Source: Antechinus flavipes
Taxonomy: Eukaryota
NCBI RefSeq assembly: GCF_016432865.1
Contig: NC_067403.1
Coordinates: 256,184,001 to 256,248,000 of the forward strand
Direction of reading: 5' to 3'
Length of the DNA: 64,000 nt
Numbering within the stretch: the first letter of the stretch is position 1; every line of letters begins with the position of its first letter. Both the position numbers and the translations under genes were made by a program. The notes beneath the pieces were generated by a model that saw only the letters and a list, made by a program, of their open reading frames with translations, searched no databases and was not told the origin of the DNA. Positions 37,273 through 50,906 of the stretch are shown here, one piece after another.

Positions 37273-37450
37273 CTCTACCAAGAGCCTGTGCGCGTGCGCT
37301 GGTGTGGGGGACGCGCTTGGAACTCGCGCCGAACGCCACGCGCTTGCGCTCTGCACGCCACCTTATGGAAGCCGTAGTTCCTAGTGGCCAGGCGCGCTGA
37401 CGTCACCGACAACACGTACGATATTCGCCAGGAACACAGCTACCACCTAG
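37030..37450 (-). promoter_or_regulatory. RNASEH2C CpG-island promoter region
   Basis: CRE TGACGTCA 37398-37405; ZNF143/THAP11-type ACTACAATTCCC (minus strand) 37054-37065 at the start of intron 1; CpG-dense. Confidence 0.7.
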
Positions 37451-38294
37451 GGTGTTATGGGTAAAAATCGTGTAATTTCTGGATTGCGGAGCTGTCCCGT
37501 GACCCCTGGTCTGGGCGCTCTCTCGGGGCTGCAAGGCCCCAGAGAACTTTTCCCTTAAATCCCTTTCCGTTGCGAGTTCTCCCCCACCCGTGAGAAAACA
37601 ACCAAATCCGGGACGTTTATTCTCCCGAAGGCCCCAAAAGAGTCGGTCCGTGGCTCGGAGCCCGGCCCCTGGTTCTGCTCACTTCTCTGCATCCGTCCCA
37701 GTCTTCTCTGGCAGCCCGGGGTACCCATGGCGTCCCATTTCTGTGGGGGCGCTGGGGGGAGGGGGCGCAAAGAGCTGCTTCCTCCAGGAAACCTGGGCTT
37801 CCAGGTCGGGCCGGTCCTCTCAGGGAGGCTGCGTGTGCCCTTAAGCCCCAAGGCTCCACCATTCCCTGCTCTCACGGAGACAGCATGAGGTCATGGGGGG
37901 GGGGGTGAATATGGAGCCCAGCTGGGGGCTCCTCCCCAGTCCCCAGGCTGCCCACAGGAAGTCCAAGGTGGGGCCCCGTCTTGGGGGGTTTCCAGTAATG
38001 TGGGAGGGCCGGCCCAGCGCCCTGGAAGGAGCCCCGATTACATAGGACATGGCCCACATGGCACGGGGCGGACCACGGTCTCAACCCTCAAGCAGATGTG
38101 AATTTGCCAATCGGCCCCTCAACCCCGGGGCAACCCTCCCCCCAAACCCCCAAGAGAAGAAAAAGAAACCAGGCACTTTTCACCAAGAAACCAGCTTTTA
38201 TGAAGGGGAATGAGTGGCAAGGCCCTCGTCCCCTTGCCTTGTCCGGAGAATCTGTCGCGCTCTCCCCAAACCAGGATCCCGGCCCCCTCCCCGC

Positions 38295-41200
38295 TCAGGC
38301 GGCAGCCCCCAAGCCCCGGAGATATTCCCCAGCCAGAGGCAATATGGCCCAGTCATCCGTCCTCAGGGCCACCCTGGCCCCCTCCTCCCCAGCGGCCTCC
38401 ACTTGCAGCAACAGCTGAGAGCTGGGGGGCAGCCGGATGGCCACCTGGTACCTGGTGGGGGGCGTGGCCGACACCACGAAGGGCTCCCAGTGCTTGGCCA
38501 CCAGAGCTTCCAGTGCCCGCCCCCCCCAAGGGCCCCACATGCAACTCTCCACCCCCTCGGGCAGGCAGGAAGCCCAGAGCTCCTGGAAGGCACCGGGGAG
38601 GCTCCGCTCTGGGGAGGGCGGCAGCAAAGGCAGGAAGAGGTCCGCGAAGGCCACGGGCAGGCTGGGCAGCTGGGCGTAGCAGGTGAGGCCGCCGGGGGTG
38701 GCGTAGAGAACACTGATGTCCAGGAGGGCCGGGTAGGGGCGCCGGGGCTCCAGGGCCAGCAGCAGCAGCTTGGGGGGAGCTCCAGGGCGGAGGCAGGGGA
38801 CCCGCACGGCCTCCAGAGGCCCGTAGTGTGGGCCCAGGACACGGAAGCGCAGCTCCAACGAGTAGAGGACCTCGGAGGCCTCCACTGTGAGGCCCAGGAG
38901 CACGGGGGCCTGCTGGGCCCTCTGGGGCACCCGCCTCAGCTGCAGGGGGGCCCGGGCCTCCTGGACGGTGAGAGCCGAGGCGAAGCCCTCGTTCTCCTCC
39001 ACCAGGGACGAGCACAGCATGGGCGTGGAGCGCGCCGGGCCCAGGGCCGAGCCCAGCTTGGGCCCCGACAGGTGGGTAAAGAGGCTGTAATAGAGGCGGG
39101 CCCGGTCCCGGCTGTCCGGGTCCTGCAGGCCCCGGGCCAGCTCCTGCAGCAGGTTGGCCAGGTCCCCGGGGACGGCCCCACTCGGTCCCCTTCCCCTGAG
39201 GAGGGCCCGGCAGGCCCCCAGAAGGGCCTGCTCCCAGGCCCAGTCCCCAGGCTGTCTGAGGGCTGCCCACAGGAAGTCCAAGGTGGGGCCCATGGGCTGG
39301 TCCCCCGCCACCTTGGTGAGGATCTGCAGGTGCCAGCGGAGGGCTTGGGTCCCCCCAGCCCCGGCCACTGCCACCTGCTGCAGGGCTTTCCCCAGCGGCT
39401 CCGCCAGCGCAGCTCCCGCCTGCTCCAGAAGGTCAACAAAATGGGGGGCCAGGCAGGGCCGGGCGAGGTAGAGCTTGGCAAGGCCCTCCGTGAGCCGAGC
39501 CAGGGCCCCCGGGTGGCCGGCCAGGCAGCGAGCGGCCAGGTAGCAAGCCCGGAAGCAGAGGGTGGCTGCCGTCCGGGGGGCGCCTGGCTGGGCCGCCCCC
39601 TGCCTCAGGCCGGCCAGCAGCTCCTGGAGGTAAGCCAGGGCCTGGGCCCCGGTGCCCGGGCAGTCCCGGGGGCCGTCGGCACCGAGCTCCTCCCCGCACA
39701 GGAGACACAGAAGATGCAGCCGCGCCAGGAGGTCCGGGGGCTCCTGCAGCAGACTGGGCAGAAGGCCCGCGGCCAGGCCGGGGGTGAGCAGAACCGGGGC
39801 GGCCTCCTCCCCGGCGGCCCCCAAGGGCCAGTTCTCAGGGAAGTGCAGGAGGCAGTGCAGGTAGAAAAGGCGGGCAGGGGGCGGCAGGGCCGGGTGCTGG
39901 GCGGCCCCCACCAGCCTGCGAAGCAGCAGAGCCTCGTCCTGGGCCGTGAAGAGGGCCTCCCCGAAGGCGTCCTTCAAGGCCAGCACCGCGTGCAGCAGGG
40001 ACACCCGCGCCGTGCCCAGCAGCCGCACCAGCTGCGGCTTCAGCAGGGCCGGGGGCTGGCCCCGGACGGCCCTCAGCACCTGGCTCAGCTGCTGCAGCGT
40101 GCGGGCCTGGGCCGGCGGGGTCAGCAGGTAGGAGGCGTCCAGCAGCTGGGACACGACGGCCCGCAGCTCCCGGGCCTCGGGCGGGCCGAGATCCAGGGCG
40201 GGAGGCCAGTCGGCTCCCTGGCTCGGGGGTGTCGCCCAGTCCCAGACATCCTCTCCCACCAGGCTCCAGTCCCACGGGCCGGGCCGCTGGCCCAGGGGGG
40301 CCTCCAGGCCCCAGTCCCAGGCCTGGCCTTCTCCCCAGTCACTCCTGGCAGCCAACAGTCCTTGCAGGCCGGCCTGAGCCCCGGGGCCCGCCCGGGCTAT
40401 GGCCGCCAGGGCGTTGCGCAGGGCCAGCACAAAGAGCAGGCGGTGGGCCTGGGTGCCCGGGGCGTCCTGCAGTGTCCGCAGCAGCCCCAGCTGTCCGGCC
40501 AGCAGCCCCGGGCAGCAGCTCTCCAACTCCCGCAGGCACTCGCAGGCAGTGGCCTGGAGGGCTCGCTGCTCAGGGCCCCCAGCCCGGCCCCCCGCCACCA
40601 GCAACAGCAGGGGCAGCAGGCGGGCCGAGGCGGCCGAGCTGGGACCCAGGGCCCCGCAGGCCGCCAGGACGCTAGTGGCGGCCAGCAGCAGCGGCCGGCG
40701 GAGGGGCCCGGGCCTCGGGGGCAGGAGGGCCAGAATGTCCAGGAGCGTGGAGGCCGCGGCCTCGGCCCCCGCAGGGTCAGGCCACAGATGCGTGGGGAAC
40801 TCCAAGATCGCAGCCAGCAGAGAGACCTGTGGGGGAGCAGAGAGTCAGGCTGGGACCCCGGGAAGTCAGGGGTCGTAGACTGGGATCTGGGGGTCAAGGG
40901 CTGGGTGGAGCTGCCGGGCCAAGGAAACATGGCAGAGGACGGGGATGTGGGGGGGGACTCGGGTCAGGAGGCTAGGCTGAAAGGGAGATGGGGGTAGGCT
41001 GGAGAAGGGGGGCCCAGGTTGAACAGGGGCAGGGAGGCCAGGGGGCTTAGGTTTGAGTGGGGACACCGGAGGGACTACGCTGAGGGGTAAATCCAGGGGC
41101 TAGCAAGCTAGGCTGGGGAGCCAGGGAACTAAGCGGGGAGGTGCAAGCTGAGGGGGTACAAAGGGAACTAAGTTGAGGGGCAAAGCCAGGGGCTGCAGGG

Positions 41201-41546
41201 CTGGCTGGACGTGGAGGGGAGGTTAGGCTGGAAGGAGGACCTATGTTGGCGAGGGGGGGGGGGTTAGGTTGAAGGGGACACCCAGGGCCAGCGAGCTGGG
41301 GGGGAGGGGGGAGAAGCAGGAGGAAACACTCGGCTGGGGGAGGGGGCGGGGCAGGTGGCTGGGCTGAGATCGGGCCTGACCCGGCCGGGCTCCCACCTTG
41401 GCCGCCTCGCTCAGCCTCTCGCTGCGCAGCTCGCTCAGCAGCTCGGCCGCCAGGGCCTCGGCCCCGACCCGGGCCACGAAGGCGGCCGGACTGGCCCGCA
41501 GCGCAGCCAGTGCCCGGGCCCAGGCGTCCCCGCTGCGCGGTGCCAT
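38295..41546 (-). CDS. AP5B1: AP-5 complex subunit beta-1; 2 coding exons, 893 aa
   Basis: Exon 1 41397-41546 (MAPRSGDAWA...LRSERLSEAAK, 150 nt) is spliced GT-AG in phase 0 to exon 2 38295-40826 (VSLLAAILEFP...ALRTDDWAILPLAGEYLRGL). Two-exon structure and position between RNASEH2C and OVOL1 fit the human gene. Confidence 0.95.
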
Positions 41547-42800
41547 GGCCCCCGGCCCGCACGGCAGGTCACGCGGGGGTGGGGATGGGGGGGGGGGCCG
41601 GCGCTCCGGCCCCAACCTCACTTCCCCGACTCCGGCCCTCCCCCACAAGCGCCGCCCTCCTTCCTGTTTCCCTCTCTATCCGCCAGGGGGGGTCCCAGGC
41701 CGCGGCACCTGCCCCGCCCCGCCCCCCTCCCATCCTCGCGTGCTAAAGCCCGGCAGTGACGGGCTAGAGACGAGGGGGCGGCGACGCCCGCGTGCAGCCT
41801 GGGACTGCGAGGACCCACGCTAGGGGGTCCGTGACCTTGCACTTGGACCGGGCGCTTTCTGCCGTCCGTGTGCCCGCGTTAGGTCGGGCGGGGGTGTCGA
41901 GGCTAGGACGGTGAGCGCGCGGGCTCCCGGCCGGGAAAAGAACGCGGAGGGGGGCGATGGCGGGTCCTCACGGAAGGAGCGGCCTCGCCTGCGCCTCCCT
42001 GGCCCCGGGCGGGCTGAGCGTGCGCGCGGCTCATTAGGCGGCTCCTGCCCGTCTCCCCCTTCGGCACCGAAACCCGGGCGCCGCCCCCGCCCCCTAACGG
42101 GCCGGCCCGAGGGGGCGGAGCAGTAACGGGGCGGCCCCGGGGGGCGGGCAGGCGCCGGCTCGTCGGTTTCGCTGGGGCTGAGTAACTGTCACGCCGCCGC
42201 CGCCGCGCGGGGGCCCCGCCTCTCCCCGAAACCGCCGGGCGTGGGCGCGTGGGCGCGGACGGAGCCGGCGCCCGCTGGCCCCCAGCCCGGCCTCGGCTCC
42301 CGGGACACTCCCCCCTCCCGGCGCCTCCGGCCTCCCCGCCCCCCACCCGAGCCCCCCTCCCCGGGCTGGGCTGAGGGGGGGGCCTGACCCCCCCTCCAGG
42401 AAACGGGCCCCCGGGGCCCGGGAGGGGCCGAGCCTTCTCTGGGAGCCCCACCTGCGAGTCCCCGGAACCGGTCGGGCTGCGAGCCCTGGGCGGGCTGGGC
42501 TTCCCAATGTGGCCCCCACCCCTGGGCCGGGGCCCCTGCTCCCTGCGCGGATGACCCAGTGCCGCCCCAACCCCCACACTCAGTGCACCCGACCCCCAGA
42601 GCTGCGGTGGAAGCTAGAGTCCCGGGGTTGGCTTCCAAAGCTCCTGGGAGCTCCGGGGGGCTGGCCAGAGAAGAGAAAGCGCCCCCCACCGCCACCACGC
42701 GGGGGCCTCGTCCGGATGCCCCTGGGGGCTCCCCTTTGGGCAGTGGCCACCGCCGGCAGTAACCCCTGGCTGGCCCGTGAGCCCGGCCCAGGCTGATCTG
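41547..42800. promoter_or_regulatory. AP5B1 CpG-island promoter region
   Basis: Extended CpG-dense region with many GC boxes immediately upstream of the AP5B1 ATG. Confidence 0.6.
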
Positions 42801-44949
42801 CCGCAGGGGTTCCCAGGAGACGGGGGAGGGGTCAGGGCCGGGCTCGATTCTGCTCAGACCCAAAGTCGGCGAAGGAAGACCGGCCAAGAAGACTGAGGGT
42901 CCCAGTGGCCCACCTCCCTAGGAGGAGCGAGACTCCATAAGGGCCTTGGGGCTTAATGAGCCGGGGGCTTTGAACCGAAAGGGGCCAGACTAGTGTTCCC
43001 AGGCCCGCCCCGCCCCCCAGGCCCCGGGGCCCAGACAGCAAGACCCGTGGGGGTGGGGGAGAGGCCCCAGAGACGCCTGGTGTTTGGGTGTATACGGGCA
43101 GGGCGGTGGGCAAAGAGTCCAAGTACCGGTCTGGCAGGACTTGAGTCAGCCCCTGACTCAGCCACGGCTCCCCAGCCACTTCCCCTCTAGGTGCCTCAGT
43201 TTCCCTGGATATAAAACGGGATAATGACCCCCAGGAGGCTGGAGGCGGGGAGGCCTCCCGCTAATTAGCGCCTAAGATGAAAGAGGGAGGTGGGGATGAG
43301 AGGAAGCAGCGGGAGGGGCCGCCCCTGACCGAGTTTTATGTGACCAGCAGGTCAGATCTGGACCATCGCGTCTGGGCGCTGACGCCGGCCCGCTGAGCTG
43401 CCCGGCCCTGCCTCTGGGGGCAGCTTTCCTCCGTTTCCCCTCTGCTGGAGCCGGGAGAAACTCCCCCTTCCCAGCACGCCCCGGGAACTTCCAGCCCCAA
43501 CATGGCCTTTGGAACCGGACCTGGCACCTTGCCCAGGCACAGCCCTCTCCGCAGGGATAATCCAGGGGTGTCGGGCTCTCAGAGAAGGGAAGAGGTGTGG
43601 GGCACAGGACAGCCCCCTTCCCCCCACTTCCTCCTATCTCCCATCATGGCTTCTGCTGATCAGAGGGCGTGACCCCTGTGGTGAGCGCCCATCAGCACCC
43701 GGGGGTCCCACGGTCTGGGGTCTGTGTGAAGTCCCGTGGGTCTGCATAATGCTGTGCAAACTCTGCTTAGCTTCCTTTGTAAAATGGGGGCAACCAAGAG
43801 CCCCCAACACGGTTCAGTTTCAAATAAGAGGCGGCTGAGGGGCACCCAGAAATCCACTAACGATAGCCAACGTTGGGGACCTTCCCATGGACTTGGGGGC
43901 TCAGCAGCCTCCCCGAGCGGCTCCCCTCCAAGGGAGCCCAACTGACAAGGAGGACCCCGTGGCTCTGGCACTCGGCCCCCTGCTCTGATCGGCTCCCATG
44001 ATGCCGTTTTCCACTTGGTGTCTCTACTCATTATTTTAATTAGCCCAGCTAACGCCTTCCTAGCTTCTGATCTCTCCTCACATCCACTGGGCATCTGGAG
44101 CCCCAAACCCTGACCGCCCATTCAAATGTGGCCCAAACCCAGCTGCTTTCCTGCCCCCACCCAGCCTCCCTCCTCCTGAGCCTCCCTAACATTACTGAGG
44201 GTGACTACAGGGCACAGCGGATAGATTGTCCCGGCCCGGAGTCGGGGAGACCTCAGTCCCGAGTCTCTCAACCCTGTCTGCCTCAGTTTGCTCATCTGTA
44301 GCCACAGAAGGAAAGGGTCTCGTCTTTGCCAAGAAAAGCCCACAGAGAGCAGGCCCTGGCTCTTGAAGGCAGCCCTTCCCAACCACCCCTGGCTCACCTC
44401 ACATCCGGCGTTTGGGCAGGCCCCGGCTTTTCGACCTCAGCGGCTCTCCCACCCAGCTGCACCCCTCTCCCTGAGGGTGTCTCTGCCTCAACCCCTCCCC
44501 CTCCGATCCATCGGGCACCCCCCGCCAAATGAGACCATCGCTCTGACTCGCCCACACCGCTCTCGGGGGTCCCTAGCACCTCCGGGACCAGACACTGTTT
44601 GCCATGAAAAGCCCTTTCCACGTGGGCCTAATACTCCATCTCCCACCTCCGGCCTTTGCCCTGACTGTCCCCCTTGCCTGAGAGGCCCTGGCCCCCCGCC
44701 CGCCTTTCAATCTCTGGAACTTTCTTCAAGGCTTAGCTCACAGCCCTTCTGTGTGGGGGTGGGGGAGGGTCTAGTCTTCCCCTCCCCATGCGCTTCAGAT
44801 CGTTTATCACTTCTCTGTACCCATGTATTGCATATTGTCGGCCCACTCAGAATGGAAGCTTTAAAAAAATTAGTTTATAAGATAAACCGAGCATGTTCAT
44901 TAGCTAGTATAATTTCCCCTCCATACGATTTTATTTTATTCTCAGATAT

Positions 44950-45560
44950 TTAATTTTTAAAGTTTTCAATAGTATTTTGTTTTTCCAAATACAGGTAAAG
45001 ATACTTTTCAACGTTAATTTTATAAGATTTGGTTTAATTTTTTTCTTCCCTTCTCCCCCAAAGAGGAAACAATTAGATATAAATTAAATATATACAATCC
45101 TTTTAAACATTTCCATATTTGTCACGTACAAAAAAAAAATTAGACAAAAAAGGGAAAAACCAGGAGAGAGAAAAAAAAATGTATAAAGCAGCAAGTGCTC
45201 TGCTTCGATGCCCATTCGGTCCCAGAGGCCTCTCCGGTTGCGGACGCCCACTGGATCTGCCTTGAATGGTCCCACTGTGAGAAAGGCCACGTCCCTCACC
45301 ATTGACCATCACAGTCTTGTTACGTGTCCCATGGTCTCCTGGTCCTGCTCATTTCCTTCAGCATCAGTTCCCGTCGGTCTCCCCGGGCCCCTCGGATGTC
45401 CTCCTGCCAGGCGTTAATTACAGAACCAGAGTATCCCATAACCTTCGTGTACCATAGCTTCCTCAGTCATTCCCCGACTGCTGGGCAGCCTCGGTTTCCT
45501 GTTTCTAGCTGCCACAAGTGCTTTTGCACACGCGGAGGACGTGCGTAATTACTTGCAAAG
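44950..45560 (-). mobile_element. LINE-1 3' end (marsupial type)
   Basis: AATAGTATTTTGTTTTTCCAAATACAGGTAAAGATAC...CTGCTCATTTCCTTCAGCATCAGTTC matches the recalled reverse marsupial L1 3' UTR/ORF2 end. Confidence 0.7.
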
Positions 45561-48004
45561 CCCCTTTCTGAAGGCAGCACCCCAGGCTCCCAAGAGAAGG
45601 TCCCGGACTGCGGTCCAGCTCGCCTCCCCCCAGTCCTCCTCCTCTAGAAGACAGCCCCGGCTAAATGGCCAACGGAGCCGCCGCTAGGCCGGGACCGCGA
45701 GTGGGGAGAAGCGGCCGGTCCGGCCGTGGGAGTAGGAGTGACCGGGCTTGACAGCTCATTGGCGTGCCCGTCTGGCCACAAGCATTTATTGAGCCTCTGC
45801 CATGTGCCAGGCCCTGGCCGAGTGCCCGCGTTACAGAGAGATAAACAGCTCCTGCCCTCCAGGCCCTCACTCTGCCGGGCACCCAGCACGTGGGTACCCG
45901 GGTCCGGACGAGATCCAGATGGTGGGAAGGGGAAGCTCTGGACGCAGGAGAAAAGGCCTCTGTGGAAGGTAGACTTGGAGGGGACGCTAGAAGGAAGCCA
46001 AGAAAACGAGGAAGGAAGAAAGGAGCACGGGAGGGCATTTCAGGCATCAGGACCGGCTGGCGCAAAGGTGTGGCGGGCAGATGTGAGTGTCAGGAGTGCT
46101 GGCACAGCTGTGTGGGGCCAGGGCAGAGGGAGGAGTTAGAGAGAGCTTTTAGGGCCAGAGGACTTGTATTTGTCTCCAGGTAATGGGAAGCCACTGGATT
46201 TTATTTGCTCCATAGAGAAAGGAAATATAATTCAATGATGTAAACAATGAATGAAAAAGTAACATTAACACATAAAACTAAAGGGAGGGGGGATCACAAG
46301 AGAGGGATCGCTCAGGCCATTGCCCGGGTCCCAGAGGTGACCGGGCCGGTCCAGCTGGTGTCTGTACTGGTCTGAGCTTGGGAGACCCGAATCCCGGCCC
46401 TGACAGACCTTCATAAGTCAGGGTCCACAGCAGCGGGGCGGGCTACCCCAGACACGGGCTGTGCTGGGTCACCCTGGGCAAGTCACCTAACTGCTCTGGG
46501 CAGGGTCTTCGTCGGGGATGTCAATCATCCGGCACTGCTCCCTTCCCCCTCCCCTCTCTGGCCTTTTCTTTAGCTCCTTCCCCAGTCCCTCACACAGCCC
46601 AGAACCAAGGCTGGCCCTCCCGGTCCCCCCTGCGGCCTCTGGACACACTCCAGGTGATTTCAGGACTAAGGATTCTGGCTCCCCCTCTCCTGGTGACTCA
46701 CCCCACCAGTAATGGAAGCACCTTGAGGGCCGGAAGTATATTAGTCTAGCATCTGGGATGGAAAGTACACAGTAGGTACTTAATAAGTGTTTTTCAAATG
46801 TTCAGCGGATGAATGCTTAGCGCCTGAGAGCGGGAGTAATGAGTAGAAGCTGCAAAAAGACATTTCATAAGAGAGCAATTGTGCTTCTCAAGGTTTTCCA
46901 AGTGCTTGAGAAATATTTCAGGTGCTATTATTTATCCCCACCTTACAGTTGAGGAAACTGAGGCAGGTGGAGAGATCTAGTCAGGGCTTTCTGCCTCCAG
47001 GGCTACTGCTCTGGGGAGGCCCCTTTGCTTCAAACTTCCTGCTGATCTGAGCTATGTCCAAATGGAAAGGGGTCAGGAGCCCTGCCCTTCTCCAAGGCAC
47101 TTTCCAACTCATTTGGGCCTTTCTCTGGGCCTCAGTTTACCCATCTGTTACAAAAATACCAGACCAATTCTCAGAGGCCGTTTGCAGCTTGGAAGCCATC
47201 ATCCTTTAGGGTGGGGAGGTCACTGGCCATTGGGGCCTTCACCTGTTCCCGCCTTTGCTTCCTGCCCGCTCACTCCCTGACCCTCCACCTGGCCCCGTCC
47301 CCAGCCATTGCCTTTCCTCGAATAACTACGACCTCTTATGCTTTTTATTACCCCGGCCCCGACCCCTCGGGCACGTGGTCTTTTATGTCTGCTCTCATGC
47401 CAGGTGGAGCTGGGAGGGTCCTCCCCTCGGAGGAGGACGAGGAGGATGCTCAGCTCTCGTGGCCCTTTCCTACCGTCCACACAAAGGGCGCTAAAGGCCA
47501 AATCTCTTCTTCCTTCTTCCCAGCCACCAGGGAGAAGGACAACCCTTCAGGCTCCCGAGGCTGGGTGGGGGTGGCCAGTTCCAGCCTCCTGGGCCAGCCT
47601 GAGTCTGGGTCCGGTCTCAAAAGGTCAGTAAAGGCCTCGGGATGCCAGGCAGGACTCCAGCCCTGAGGCGGGACCTCCTTGGCCCAGCCCAGCAGCAGAC
47701 TGACCCGGCAGCCTTGACACCATGTCCCCCAAGTGGCCCCCACTGGCCCTTGGAAATGAGCGCCCCTCTCCCCAGGGACTGCAGCACAGCGGTCAGGGAA
47801 TGACACGGCGGGCAAGACGATGCTTTTGGACTTTGGTCACCTTTTCAAAAAATTGCTTTGTAAAAGCTCCTCGATTCTGCTGACTTACTCCACATGAAGC
47901 GGAAACCAATTTTCTCCAGAGGTCTAGCCTATCTAGCTTTTCTAGGATCCAATTAACCTCCCTGGTTTCTTTCTTGTTTATTTTATGATTAGATTTGATC
48001 TAAC

Positions 48005-50770
48005 ATCCACAAGGATGCCCATTATCACCACTATTACTCAACATAAGAAACAAGAAATAACACAAGAAAGAGAAATTAAAGGAATTAGAACAGGCAACGA
48101 GGAAATAAAACCATCCCTCTTTGCAGATGACATCGTGATACACTTACGGAATCCTAGAAAATCATCCAAAAATTTACTGGAAACAATTCAACTGCAGGAT
48201 ATAAAATAAAGCCACACAAATCATGGGCATTTCTATAGATTACTGACAAAGCCCATCAGCAAGAGATAGAGAAATTTCACTTAAAATTACTGTAGACAGC
48301 CCAGAGAAAGAACACTGGGAAATGAGTGTGGAGCACAACATAACATTTCCACTCTTTCTGTTAATATCTGTTTGCATTTTTGTTTTTTCTTCTCAGGTTA
48401 TTTTTACCCTATTTCTAAATCCGATTTTTCTTATGCAACAAGATAACTGTATAAATAGGTATACCTATATTGGATTTAACATATACTTTTAACTTATTTA
48501 ATATGTATGGGACTACCCGACATCTAGGGGAGGGGGTGGAGGGAAGGAGGGGAAAAGTTGGAACAGAAGTGATTGCAAGGGTCAGTGCTGAAAAATTACC
48601 CAGGCATATGTTTTGTCAACAAAAAGCTATAATAAAAAACACACGCAAGAAATTACAACATAAAAAGAAAACAAAAAAAAAATGACTGTAGACAAAATAA
48701 AATACTTGGGGGTCTAGCTGCCAAGACAAACCCAAGAACTGTATGAACACAATTACAAAACCCTTCTCACGCAAATGAAGTCAGAGCCAAACAACTGGAA
48801 AATTGTCAATTGTTCATGGCTGGGCCGTGCCAATATAATAAAAACGACAATTCTGTCTTGTTGGGTGCCATACAATCAAACTGCCAAAACATTATTTTAT
48901 AGAACTAGAAAAAATAACAAAATTCATCTGGAAGAACAAAAGGTCAAGAATCTCAAGGAAATTAATTAAAAAAAATGACAAAAGATGGTGGCTTAGCAGT
49001 ATAAACCTAAAACCACATTATAAAGCAGCAGGCATCAAAACCATGTGGTACTGGCTAAGAAATGGAGACCCACATCTCATACCCCATACCAAAATAAGGT
49101 CAAAATGGGTACATGACTTGGGCAGAAAGAATGATATCCAAACAAATTAGGAGAGAGCAAGGGATAATTTATCTGTCAGATCTTTGGAGAAGGGAGGAAT
49201 TTGACCAAAGAAGAACTAGAGAACATTATGAAAGGCAAAATGACAACTTTGATTACATTAAAAAATTTACACATACTACAGGGCTTCTATCCCAAAGAGA
49301 TACTAAAGAAAGGAAAGGGACCTGTATGTGCCACAATGTTTGTGGCAGCCCTGTTTGTAGTGGCTACAAGCTGGAAAATGAATGGATGCCCATCCATGGG
49401 AGAATGGCTGGGTAAATTGTGGTATATGAATGTTATGGAATATTATTGTTCTGTAAGAAATGACCAGCAGGATGAATACAGAGAGGACTGGCGAGACTGA
49501 CAGGAACTGATGCTGAGTGAAATGAGCAGAACCAGGAGATCATTATGTACCTCAACAACGACACTGCATGAGGATGGATTCTGATGGAAGTGGATCTCTT
49601 CGATAAAGAGCTAATTCAGTTTCAATGGATCAAGGATGGACAGAAGCAGCTACACCCAAAGAAAGAACACTGGGAAATGAGTGTAAACTGTTTGCATTTT
49701 GGTTTTTCTTCCCGGGTTATTTCTACCTTCTGAATCCAATTCTCCCTGGGCAACAAGAGAACTGTTGGGTTCTGCACACTTAGATTGTATCCAGGATATA
49801 CTGTAACCTATTCAACATGTAAAGGACTACTTGCCATCTAGGGGAGGGGAAAAATCGAAACCGAAGTGAATGCAAAGGATAATGCTGGAAAAAATTACCC
49901 AAGCATGGGCTCTGTCAATCAAAAGTTATAATTATTTTAAAAAATTTTTCCACAAATAAAGCCAACAGAAACAAGATTAAAAGGGAAAAAAATCTTTACA
50001 GCCAGTTTTTCTGATAAAGGTCTCATTTCTAAAATATATAAAGAACTCTTGTGAAATCTATAAGAATACAAGTCATATGTATACATATATTGTATTTAAC
50101 TTATACTTTAATATATTTAACATGTATGGGTTAACCTGCCATGGGAGGGGAGGGGGGGAAAAGGAGGGGAAAAATTGGAACAAAAGGTTTTGCAAAGGTC
50201 AATGCTGAAAAATTCCCCATGCATATGTTCTGTAAATAAAAAGCTATATAATAATAAAAAAAAAATACAAGTCATTTCCCAATTGATAAATGGTCAAATG
50301 ATATGAACAGGTAATTTTCAGTCTATAGTTATATGGAAAAGTGTTCTAAATCATTGTTGATTAGAAATATGCAAATTATAATAATTCTGAGGTACCACCT
50401 CACATCTCCCAGACTGCCTAAGATGACAGGAAAAGATCATGATTAACATTAGAGGGGATGTGGGAAAACTGGGACACTGATACATTGTTGGTGGAGTTGT
50501 GGAATGATCCAATCACTTTGGAGAGCAATTTGGAACTATGCCCAAAGGGCCATAAACCTGTGCATACCCTTTGACCCAGCAGGGCCATTACTTCCTGGGT
50601 CTGTCTCCCAAGGAAATCATAAAGGAGGGAAAAGGACCCACAGGTACCGAAATGTTTGTAGCATTTCTTTTTGTGGTAGCAAAGAATTGGAAAAATCCAA
50701 TGGGGGAATGACTGGATAAAGTATGGTCTATGAAAGTAATGGAATGTTAATATTCTGTAAAAAATGAACA
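48005..50770 (+). mobile_element. Cluster of nested LINE-1 fragments (ORF2 RT and several 3' ends)
   Basis: QGCPLSP and LFADDIV RT motifs at about 48010-48150. Younger 3'-end inserts at 48299-48684 (TSD ACTGTAGACA) and 50077-50263 (TSD AATACAAGTCAT). ORF2 C-terminal fragments at 49240-49560 and 50280-50770. Confidence 0.9.
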
Positions 50771-50774
50771 AGCT

Positions 50775-50906
50775 GGGGCAGCTAGGGGGCGCAGTGGATA
50801 GAGCACCAGACCTGGAGTCAGGAGGACCCGAGTTCAAATGTGATCTCAGACACTTAACATTTCCTGACTGTGTGACCCTGGGCAAGTCCCTTAGCCCCAG
50901 TTGCCT

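Noticed and set aside
38214-40997. 927-aa plus-strand ORF
   Set aside because: It starts at GTG and lies antisense to AP5B1 exon 2 in the same codon register. It is open only because the GC3-rich sense frame avoids TTA, CTA and TCA, and it shows no recognisable domain.
50775-50850. tRNA-like sequence with A and B boxes
   Set aside because: It is the head of a tRNA-derived SINE: it continues into a CORE segment and poly(A), with no complete cloverleaf.
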